Shown piece by piece: positions 7,886 through 14,450 of a stretch of DNA of 45,524 bases (its first letter is position 1; each line of letters begins with the position of its first letter). The position numbers were made by a program, and so were the translations under genes. Source of the DNA: a virus; IMG/VR virus record IMGVR_UViG_3300029608_000014. One strand, 5' to 3'. Under the pieces are notes generated by a model. That model searched no databases. It worked only from the letters and a program-made list of their open reading frames with translations, and had not been told where the DNA came from.

Positions 7886-8650
7886 ATGAGTCTTTCTACT
7901 GACGGCATTCAGCCGACTATGCCCCTTCAGCCCGCCAATAACTACGGCGGCGGTATGGGCATGTGGGGCGATAACTGGATGTGGTTCGCCGTGCTGTTTC
8001 TCCTCGGCTGGGGCGGCAATGGCTGGGGCGGCAACGGTTGGGGAGGTAATGGAAACGGCGGCGCGATGAATGGTTATGTGCTCACGTCTGACTTCGCAAA
8101 CCTCGAGCGCAAGCTGGATGGCGTGAACTCCGGGCTGTGTGACGGCTTCTATGCCATGAACACCGGCGTGCTCAACGGCTTTGCTGGTGTAACGCAGGCC
8201 GTGACCAGCGGCTTCTCGCAGGCCGAAATCGCGCGCTGCAACGCGCAGATGGCGTTCATGCAGCAGCTGAGCGCCCTTCAGGCGCAGATCGCAAGCTGCT
8301 GCTGCGAGCAGCGCGAGGCCATCATGGGCGTGAATTACAACCTCGCCACGCAGGCCAGTGACACCCGCAATCTCATGCAGAACACCACCCGCGACATCAT
8401 CGACGCTATGAACTGCGGCTTCCGCAGCATCGATCAGCGTCTGACGGCGCAGGAGCTGGCCGCGAAGGATGCAAAGATCGCTGAGCAGAATCAGCAGATC
8501 TTCGGCTACCAGCTGGCAGCGTCTCAGGCCGCGCAGAACAACTACCTTGTATCTACGCTTCGCCCGAGCCCGAACCCGGCCTATGTAGTAGCGAACCCGT
8601 ATTGCTGCAACAGCTACAACAGCGGTTACGGCTACGGCTGCGCGGCGTAA
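7886..8650 (+). CDS. Membrane protein with a Gly/Trp repeat and Cys clusters
   Basis: AAAGGAGA SD. TM segment WMWFAVLFLLGW, followed by GWGGNGWGGNGWGGNGNGG, then an internal CCCE motif and the C-terminal sequence NPYCCNSYNSGYGYGCAA. Confidence 0.65.
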   Translation: MSLSTDGIQPTMPLQPANNYGGGMGMWGDNWMWFAVLFLLGWGGNGWGGNGWGGNGNGGAMNGYVLTSDFANLERKLDGVNSGLCDGFYAMNTGVLNGFAGVTQAVTSGFSQAEIARCNAQMAFMQQLSALQAQIASCCCEQREAIMGVNYNLATQASDTRNLMQNTTRDIIDAMNCGFRSIDQRLTAQELAAKDAKIAEQNQQIFGYQLAASQAAQNNYLVSTLRPSPNPAYVVANPYCCNSYNSGYGYGCAA

Positions 8651-8729
8651 CAGCCCAAACTCCATATCGTAGAGCTTTTTCGTGGCCTCACGAAAATGAT
8701 CGGCCCCATTGCCGATACTCGACAGCAAC

Positions 8730-8763
8730 GCGGCGGGGCAATCGTCCCGCCGCTGTATTTTTA
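8730..8763 (+). terminator. Putative intrinsic terminator inside the cargo block
   Basis: gcggcggg / cccgccgc 8-bp GC stem, 8-nt loop, then tgtattttta. Confidence 0.5.
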
Positions 8764-8779
8764 TGAAAGGAATGATTTT

Positions 8780-9004
8780 ATGGCAACATATAAGGAACTC
8801 AAGAAGAAATTCATCGATCACCTGATGGGCGTGGATCTGTACAAGATGAATGTGACGGATCTCTATACGTTCGCCTGCATCCTGAAAACGGTGGACGAAA
8901 TGGAGCAGCCGGGCCCGGAAGAGACAATGACAGCTGCAATCGCGCCGCTGGTGAATCTCTGCAAGGAAGCAAAGGCGGGAAGCGGGGTGTTTGGAATTGG
9001 CTGA
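8780..9004 (+). CDS. Hypothetical small protein
   Basis: ATG 8780 is 8 nt after GAAAGGA. The 8696 start in the ORF track would read through the terminator. Confidence 0.5.
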   Translation: MATYKELKKKFIDHLMGVDLYKMNVTDLYTFACILKTVDEMEQPGPEETMTAAIAPLVNLCKEAKAGSGVFGIG

Positions 9005-9419
9005 GTTTACGAATTCCAACATCGTCAGCGTCGCCGCCGGGCAGAACGTCCCGCTGACGGAAGCGGCAGTCAGCAGCAAGCCGTGCATTGTACACCGCGA
9101 GGGCAGCGGCCTTGTCACGCTTCGCGGGCTGACGAATCAGTGTAAAGCAGTTTTCAAAGTCTCCTACGGCGGCAACATCGCAATTCCAACCGGCGGCACG
9201 GTCGAGGCGATCACGGCCGCACTTGCCATCAACGGTGAAGCCCTGGCAAGCGCGACGGCGACTGTGACACCGGCAGCGGTAGAAAACTACTTCAACGTTT
9301 ATGTATCCGCACAGGTGAGCGTGCCGAGAGGCTGCTGCCTGACGGTAGGTATGCGAAACACCAGCACGCAGGCGGTTAATTTTGCAAACAGCAATCTTAC
9401 CGTCGAGCGCGTAGCATGA
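8991..9419 (+). CDS. Small protein resembling the BclA C-terminal (C1q/TNF-like jelly-roll) domain
   Basis: No ATG is available, so the start is TTG at 8991 or 8997. The alternating beta pattern, GGNIAIPTGG, INGEAL, and the ending SNLTVERVA resemble the BclA CTD, which ends ...IIIEKVA (from memory). Confidence 0.5.
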   Translation: MELAEFTNSNIVSVAAGQNVPLTEAAVSSKPCIVHREGSGLVTLRGLTNQCKAVFKVSYGGNIAIPTGGTVEAITAALAINGEALASATATVTPAAVENYFNVYVSAQVSVPRGCCLTVGMRNTSTQAVNFANSNLTVERVA

Positions 9420-9433
9420 AAGGAGGAAGCGAT

Positions 9434-9805
9434 ATGTATGATCTGAGGAATCTCCGCGAAATGCTCTGCAAAGAGCTGGACGAAATCGCCGAGAAGCGCG
9501 AAATGTCTGCAGGCGACCTCGACGCGATCCAGAAACTGACCAGCTCCATCAAGAATACCTACAAGATCGAGATGGCTGAAGACGGCGGCTATTCCCGCGA
9601 CGGCGAGTGGGAGGCGGATATGCGCGGTACTTACGGCCGGGGCAGCTCTTACCGTGGCCGCCGCCGTGACGCAATGGGCCGCTATACCCGCGCTGATGCC
9701 CGCGAGCATATGCGCGCGCAGCTGGACGATATGATGCGTGACGCGGACGACGATAAAACCCGTGACGCGATCCGCCGCTGCATGGAGCAGATCGAGCGGG
9801 CATAA
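9434..9805 (+). CDS. Hypothetical protein with an Arg/Gly/Tyr-rich centre
   Basis: AGGAGGA at 9421-9427 and ATG 9434. ATG 9416 is an alternative start. Confidence 0.55.
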   Translation: MYDLRNLREMLCKELDEIAEKREMSAGDLDAIQKLTSSIKNTYKIEMAEDGGYSRDGEWEADMRGTYGRGSSYRGRRRDAMGRYTRADAREHMRAQLDDMMRDADDDKTRDAIRRCMEQIERA

Positions 9806-9817
9806 GGAGAGCGCAAT

Positions 9818-10165
9818 ATGTTGGATGCAGCCGAAATCCGGAAAGAGATTGCTCGCCTGGAATATGAGGAATCCGACTATAAGAATTACGCTAAGCTTGC
9901 GGATCTGTACGTGATCCGCAAGCAGATGCAGGAAGAGGAACGGGGCGACGGCGGTAAGTATGTGGGTTACTACTCCGGCGCTCCCGCCCCTGTGACCGCA
10001 GAACCGGCTATCGTTGGCGAGTACGGGGACAGTGAGTTTTTACTTGCGGTAGCTGGGAAAAACCCGGCAAAGGCTTGGGCGGTTGTTGATGAACTTATGG
10101 ACACACTATCGCTTGTGAACCGAAAAGTCTATGATTCTGTGCTGCGGAAAATAAAGTCCATGTAG
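9818..10165 (+). CDS. Hypothetical protein (last gene of the cargo block)
   Basis: AAGGAGAG SD; 115 aa. Confidence 0.55.
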   Translation: MLDAAEIRKEIARLEYEESDYKNYAKLADLYVIRKQMQEEERGDGGKYVGYYSGAPAPVTAEPAIVGEYGDSEFLLAVAGKNPAKAWAVVDELMDTLSLVNRKVYDSVLRKIKSM

Positions 10166-10202
10166 CAAAAAACAGGGGAGTCCCCTCGAATTGCGCTGAA
10201 TC

Positions 10203-10224
10203 TGTAGCATACAATGTAGCATAC
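10203..10224 (+). repeat. Two direct copies of TGTAGCATAC (candidate integrase arm-type sites, P arm)
   Basis: Exact 10-mers at 10203-10212 and 10215-10224. A degenerate copy tgtagcaaaa lies at 10161-10170. Confidence 0.5.
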
Positions 10225-10300
10225 GGGAAATAATTTTATGTTACAGAGCGTGTCATAACGTGATTTTTTGCTTTTTGAAAATACGCAGAAAATAGGGTGA

Positions 10301-10352
10301 AAAGCATAAAAAAGTACCGATTTTAGATTTAAAACATCTAAAATCGGTACTT
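10301..10352 (-). terminator. Intrinsic terminator immediately 3' of the tRNA fragment
   Basis: Perfect 17-18-bp stem (aaagtaccgattttagat / atctaaaatcggtacttt), followed on the minus strand by TTTTTTATGCTTTT. Confidence 0.8.
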
Positions 10353-10417
10353 TGGCGCGGAAGGAGAGATTTGAACTCTCGCGCGCTTTTTAGACGCCTA
10401 CTCCCTTAGCAGGGGAG
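10353..10417 (-). tRNA. 3' fragment of tRNA-Ser(GCU): anticodon arm, variable arm, T arm, acceptor 3' strand and CCA. Probable attP core.
   Basis: The minus strand reads CTCCC-CTGCTAA-GGGAG ... GAGAG-TTCAAAT-CTCTC-CTTCCGC-G-CCA. No matching 5' acceptor or D arm lies upstream. Confidence 0.7.
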
Positions 10418-10464
10418 AAAAAACCATTGAAAACACTGGGGAAATTGGCGTTTGTAACATATTT

Positions 10465-10474
10465 TGTAGCATAC
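10465..10474 (+). repeat. Third exact copy of TGTAGCATAC (candidate P' arm site)
   Basis: Same orientation, 6 nt from the integrase stop. A degenerate copy tgtaacatat lies at 10453-10462. Confidence 0.45.
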
Positions 10475-10479
10475 AGAAT

Positions 10480-11583
10480 TTACTCTGGCGAGTCGTTTTG
10501 CAACTGATTTACGGCATCGACCATGCCTTTCATGTCCGGATGTACGTACCGTTGGGTAGTGGTTATCTTCGTGTGGCGCATGATTTCCTTGATCGTAAAC
10601 GGATCAATGTTTTTCATTGCGAGGGCTGTAGCGGTTGTATGGCGGCATGAGTAAGGTGGTAGCTTTTGCACTCCGGCAAGCTCCAAACACTCATAATATC
10701 TCTTGTAAAAATTATCTTTGTTTATGCAGCAGATATTTCCGACGCGCGATTTGCTTTCTTCGCATAGTTCATGCAGCACCGGCGCAACGAAATCCGGGAA
10801 GACCATAGGCGTTTCCTTCCGCTTCTTTGTCTTTATGCCGCCTCGGACGATCTCATTCTTTTCAAAGTCAATCATATCTTTCTTGAGCTTCAGAAGCTCA
10901 CCGGGCATCATGCCGGTATAAATCATCGTTAAAATAAACCCAATGAAGTGGTCTTTTGCATACGCTTCCCATAGCTTTTTTACGTCGGTGTCGGTGAACG
11001 GCTCCGGCGTTTTTTCTTCAAGCTCCGGAAGCTTTATGTACTTTGCAAGATTCACGGTTGTTTGCTTTTCTGCGATTGCGAGGTTATAACAGTGGGAAAG
11101 GACGGTTTTCATATCTTTCCGTGTGTAATAGGTGCTGGCGTTGCGGTCGATAACATCCTGTATCTGCGCGATGGTAAGCGCGTCTATCTCACGGTCGGCG
11201 ATTTCTCTCATGCGCTCGAATGCCTTTTCCGCCGCTCCCTGACGATCAGCCGATAAGGATAGATAATCCCCACGCAGATATGTTTTGTAGTATTCTCTGA
11301 GAGTGGGGCTTCGCTGCTCTTCCTTCGGAGGGTTTGCAGCATATTGGAGGGCGGCGCGCTTTGATGTAAACCCGCCTTTTGTTCGCATCTTTTGCCGAAG
11401 CTTGTCGTTCTCGTCTAGGTAAGTTCTTTCTGTCCAACGCGCCGTCCACGTCTTCCCTCGCTGGTAAGCGCTTCCCTGCCCGTTCCCGCGTGTCCGGCTT
11501 CGCCGCGCTTCCTGTTTTTTCCCGCACCAGCAACAGTAGGGCGCGCCGTCTGGAATTTCTTTTTTACACTTGATGCACTCCAT
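10480..11583 (-). CDS. int: Tyrosine integrase with an N-terminal zinc-ribbon
   Basis: CIKCKKEIPDGAPYCCWCG at the N-terminus. Catalytic-type motifs SCRHTTAT and MRHTKITTTQRYVH. ATG 11583 follows GGAGGG. Adjacent to the tRNA fragment. Confidence 0.9.
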   Translation of the reverse strand: MECIKCKKEIPDGAPYCCWCGKKQEARRSRTRGNGQGSAYQRGKTWTARWTERTYLDENDKLRQKMRTKGGFTSKRAALQYAANPPKEEQRSPTLREYYKTYLRGDYLSLSADRQGAAEKAFERMREIADREIDALTIAQIQDVIDRNASTYYTRKDMKTVLSHCYNLAIAEKQTTVNLAKYIKLPELEEKTPEPFTDTDVKKLWEAYAKDHFIGFILTMIYTGMMPGELLKLKKDMIDFEKNEIVRGGIKTKKRKETPMVFPDFVAPVLHELCEESKSRVGNICCINKDNFYKRYYECLELAGVQKLPPYSCRHTTATALAMKNIDPFTIKEIMRHTKITTTQRYVHPDMKGMVDAVNQLQNDSPE

Positions 11584-12139
11584 GTTTCCCTCCACGTTCT
11601 TTTCGGATCGCGTAGAAAGTAATTGCCGAAGCCAGAACTGAACCTACGATCAGGGCGATACACGCCCATGCGGTTACGGACAAGTCTCCATCTCGAATGA
11701 GGCCTGCGTTCCGAATCTGCGCATCCGTTACAAGGCAGGCAATCAGGGTAAAGGAGAGAAGCAAACAAAATAGGGCGAGAACGTAACACATTGTATGTGT
11801 AGACCTTATCTGCGCGCTCTGTAGGGCTGCTGCTGCCTCCAGCTTGGCGTTTTCAAGCTCGACACGATGGATCTGCTTGGTCAGCTTTTCCGGGCTTCCG
11901 ACGGGATTCTCAAGGCCGAACAGCTCGTCGAGCGACAGACCAAGCGCTTTACATATTGCGGCCGAGTTATAAAGCCGTGGATCCGCTTGTGTTCCGGCAT
12001 ATAATCGGCTCACGGTGGAGAAGGAAACTCCGGACTTTTCCGACAGCTCCTCCAGCGTCATTCCGCTGTGATCTTTCGCATTTCTGATTTTCCCATGATA
12101 CGCGCCGATAAACGGCGCGAGTTCCTGTATTGCGGACAT
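11564..12139 (-). CDS. Membrane-anchored XRE-family HTH regulator (HTH, coiled coil, two TM)
   Basis: GGAGG SD. HTH in MTLEELSEKSGVSFSTVSRLYAG. TM segments MCYVLALFCLLLSFTLIACLV and WACIALIVGSVLASAITFYAI. The 3' end overlaps the int start by 20 nt. Confidence 0.75.
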   Translation of the reverse strand: MSAIQELAPFIGAYHGKIRNAKDHSGMTLEELSEKSGVSFSTVSRLYAGTQADPRLYNSAAICKALGLSLDELFGLENPVGSPEKLTKQIHRVELENAKLEAAAALQSAQIRSTHTMCYVLALFCLLLSFTLIACLVTDAQIRNAGLIRDGDLSVTAWACIALIVGSVLASAITFYAIRKERGGKHGVHQV

Positions 12140-12435
12140 TGATGCGCCTCCAATCGCAGATTGTATTGTTATTTCTTACATTTTCCGGGTGAAAACGCAA
12201 ACTATGAGAAGAAAACGCAAAACTCGGTCTTTTCTTACAAACATTATCTGGTACAATAAAAACGTAGCAGATAGTTCCTGAATCCGGCATCTGCTGAAAT
12301 GGCCCCACCGTATGTTCCAGATACGATGGGGCCGGTCAAACCGAATATTATATCAAATCATCAGTCCCATAAACTGTACACCATCGGATTCCTGATCCCC
12401 AAAAATAACGCGGTCTGTTTGTTCATAATACCATG

Positions 12436-12463
12436 TTGATTTTTAGAACAACCGTTCTATAAT
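12436..12463 (+). promoter_or_regulatory. Sigma-70-type promoter (TTGATT-16 nt-TATAAT)
   Basis: TTGATT at 12436-12441 and TATAAT at 12458-12463, followed by AGGAGG and ATG 12484. Confidence 0.6.
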
Positions 12464-12483
12464 AAATGACAGGAGGAAAAAAT

Positions 12484-12666
12484 ATGGAGTGCATCAACAT
12501 CCGGGTAAACAACGGGAAAGTGGACGTAACAGTAGACGGTGCGAAGCTGACAGATGTGCATAGCGTCAGCGTGGACTACATCAAGGGCATTCCGCTCCTG
12601 TTTGCCTGCGTCGCGGACGTAGGCCGGGAGCAGGACGAGCGGCGGGAGCCGAGGATCCTGCACTAG
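12484..12666 (+). CDS. Hypothetical small protein (60 aa)
   Basis: AGGAGG at 12471-12476, 7 nt before ATG 12484. The 12466 ATG would lie at or before the predicted transcription start. Confidence 0.5.
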   Translation: MECINIRVNNGKVDVTVDGAKLTDVHSVSVDYIKGIPLLFACVADVGREQDERREPRILH

Positions 12667-12787
12667 TCATAGTACTCCCGGTTTTGTAATGTACTATAAT
12701 TTTATCACCAGAGTTTTACAGGCTCAAGGTCAAAACTGCACAAAAAGAAACGATAGAATTTGGAAGTTAAGAAAAGGAGGGCGCAAA

Positions 12788-12952
12788 ATGCTTTGTATTC
12801 AGGATGATCTGTGCTATAATAAGGGTGAAGAAATTGCGCCCGCTGATATTGGCTTTCAGTATTTAATGGAACTTACATCAGAGGAAAAACGAGAACTAAT
12901 TAGAATATGGAAGGAGCGAAACAATGTTTCTGAGCAAGGAAAAGTACGATAA
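12788..12952 (+). CDS. Hypothetical small protein (54 aa), AT-rich
   Basis: AAAAGGAGGG SD upstream of ATG 12788. Confidence 0.45.
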   Translation: MLCIQDDLCYNKGEEIAPADIGFQYLMELTSEEKRELIRIWKERNNVSEQGKVR

Positions 12953-13169
12953 TATTATGCTGCAGTTGTGCAGAATCAGGACTGAAATTTCTACAAAAGA
13001 TGAGTGCGGAGAAGCGTGCCGGATGTGCGAACACGCGATCGGCGCGGCCAGCCCAGGCGGCGACATCGTGCTTGTCTGCGAAAAAAAGCTTAAAGCAGTT
13101 TGCAGCGACTTTAGCCCTCGGATCCTGACAGACATTTGTTCAGGAAATTCCAGAAATGTTCAGACGTAA
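12924..13169 (+). CDS. Hypothetical Cys-rich small protein (81 aa)
   Basis: GGAAGGAG SD. Seven cysteines including CGEACRMCEH. The 3' end overlaps the convergent gene 13111-13500 by 59 nt. Confidence 0.4.
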   Translation: MFLSKEKYDNIMLQLCRIRTEISTKDECGEACRMCEHAIGAASPGGDIVLVCEKKLKAVCSDFSPRILTDICSGNSRNVQT

Positions 13170-13500
13170 GCATCCCGAGCAGGAATGAGATTACTGCAAT
13201 CACTAGGTCATGGATTCGACTAGCCTTTGTGGACTTCTTCCGCTGATCAATATACGCCAAGTAGTCCTTCCCGCGTTCTTCTATTTCAATTGCGCAGGAC
13301 GCGCCAAACGATAACACAGGGACACCATCTTTGCTGGGGATTGGGTGCAGATTTGCAAGTCCAAAATGTTTCAGCCTATTTGCGGTCTGGAAAATATCAT
13401 CCGTCGCAAATATTCTGCTATCTGCCAACGCTTTAAGCATTTTTCTTTCATCTTTGTTCAACTCGATTTCCGAAAACGGAAGGTTGCTTGCATCATCCAT
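13111..13500 (-). CDS. Membrane-anchored protein translationally coupled to the repressor (superinfection-exclusion / Abi candidate)
   Basis: ATG 13500 overlaps the repressor stop (ATGGATGA). GGAGAAAG SD. C-terminal TM LVIAVISFLLGML. Confidence 0.6.
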   Translation of the reverse strand: MDDASNLPFSEIELNKDERKMLKALADSRIFATDDIFQTANRLKHFGLANLHPIPSKDGVPVLSFGASCAIEIEERGKDYLAYIDQRKKSTKASRIHDLVIAVISFLLGMLTSEHFWNFLNKCLSGSEG

Positions 13501-13852
13501 TCTGCTTTCTCCGGTTCTTTAGCATACGCGCCATTTCGAGCAAATCACGTCGCTCATTTTCATCCGCAGAACTCCAAATTTCACGGAGTTCTGCGGTTTC
13601 GCTATCTTCGGCCCCATCCTTCGGGATGGGGTCTTTTTTTATGCCCGTAGACGGGTCCTCGTCCGGCAGCAGGTCGGCCACTGATACACCGAGATATTCT
13701 GCGATAGCCGGGAGCTTGCTCTTTCTCGGCTTTGTTCTCCTGGTGTTCCACTGACTATAAACACCACTAGATACACCGAGAAATTCGCACAAGTCAGCGC
13801 CGGTCCTTTTGTTCTTGGTCAAGTAATAATTGATTTTGTCTATTGTGTCCAT
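13493..13852 (-). CDS. cI-like XRE-family repressor (HTH only, no peptidase domain)
   Basis: HTH in RTGADLCEFLGVSSGVYSQWNTRR. ATG 13852 has no SD. The start in the ORF track (13876) is a TTG. Divergent from the strong plus-strand promoter. Confidence 0.75.
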   Translation of the reverse strand: MDTIDKINYYLTKNKRTGADLCEFLGVSSGVYSQWNTRRTKPRKSKLPAIAEYLGVSVADLLPDEDPSTGIKKDPIPKDGAEDSETAELREIWSSADENERRDLLEMARMLKNRRKQNG

Positions 13853-13885
13853 ATTAGTCAATAAATAATTGTTCAAAATGCAGGA

Positions 13886-13936
13886 CTATTATAACTAAGT
13901 TTTTGTTGACATTCTTAGTAAACTTAGTTATAATAG
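13886..13936. promoter_or_regulatory. Switch region: consensus plus-strand promoter flanked by 17-bp inverted repeats, with a minus-strand TATAAT
   Basis: Plus strand: TTGACA 13906-13911, 17-nt spacer, TATAAT 13929-13934. The IR ctattataactaagttt (13886-13902) pairs with aaacttagttataatag (13920-13936). A minus-strand TATAAT at 13888-13893 has no good -35. Confidence 0.75.
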
Positions 13937-14075
13937 TTTTTGTTAGGGCGGAACTTACAAGTGAGGTGATGGCGTGAAGAAAGACAAGTATATATGGGGA
14001 TTTCAGATTGTTGGTTCAGACTGCGGATATGACGAGTTCGGTACGTTCCATTGCGCGTGCGGTCATTGCCTTCCG

Positions 14076-14297
14076 TTACGAGTTGATGTAAGTAAGGGCG
14101 GCAAATATCGCGGCAGCGACTGCGGCGACGGCAGATACGACGGTGAAAAACATGTTGATAAGAAACCGCCTTTTCTCCGTGCGTGCTTTCGAGCCTTCGG
14201 TTTCGACAAGCACATTTAGACCGTTTTCTTCTATGGACTTGTAGCGCTTATTCCGATTGAGAAACAACCTGATTCTTTCTCTGAACGACTTGCACAT
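14076..14297 (-). CDS. Small tail-anchored membrane protein (73 aa)
   Basis: C-terminal TM FFTVVSAVAAVAAAIFAALTY. GAGG lies upstream and a strong minus-strand promoter lies at 14384-14411. Mutually exclusive with the plus-strand ORF 13974-14219. Confidence 0.45.
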   Translation of the reverse strand: MCKSFRERIRLFLNRNKRYKSIEENGLNVLVETEGSKARTEKRRFLINMFFTVVSAVAAVAAAIFAALTYINS

Positions 14298-14383
14298 GAT
14301 TCATGCCTCGGCTTATGAGGCGTGAAAAGAACACCGCCCCGGACAGCTTATCGGATTGTTTAATAATGATAGGTGGTACTTTC

Positions 14384-14411
14384 ATAATAACACAATTCAC
14401 TAAGTTGTCAA
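14384..14411 (-). promoter_or_regulatory. Strong minus-strand promoter (TTGACA-16 nt-TGT-TATTAT) overlapped by an operator-like inverted repeat
   Basis: The minus strand reads TTGACA (14411-14406) and TATTAT (14389-14384) with an extended TG. ACTAAGT (14399-14405) and ACTTAGT (14417-14423) flank the -35. Confidence 0.65.
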
Positions 14412-14450
14412 GAAAAACTTAGTATTCACAGACAGGAGGTATGTAAAGGC

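Noticed and set aside
10353-10450. A complete tRNA gene
   Set aside because: Only the anticodon arm through CCA is present. The sequence upstream on the minus strand (10418-10450) cannot form the complementary 5' acceptor strand GCGGAAG or a D arm. It is therefore an attP-type fragment.
12256-12333. Two hairpins in the int-proximal intergenic region (12266-12295 and 12301-12333), considered as terminators or a small RNA
   Set aside because: The first stem is short (7 bp with a 16-nt loop) and the second has a mismatch and no T tract. They are possibly regulatory, but the support is not strong enough to call a feature.
13853-13876. Leaderless or near-leaderless start of the repressor at 13876, by analogy with lambda cI
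   Set aside because: The codon at 13876-13874 is TTG, not ATG. The first ATG is at 13852, which still lacks an SD. A leaderless TTG start seemed unlikely.
13974-14219. Plus-strand 81-aa GTG-initiated ORF downstream of the consensus promoter
   Set aside because: It overlaps the minus-strand 73-aa membrane ORF almost completely. I favoured the minus ORF because a strong minus-strand promoter and an ATG with GAGG point to it. The choice is not secure, and the plus ORF (GAGGTG 4 nt upstream) remains an alternative.
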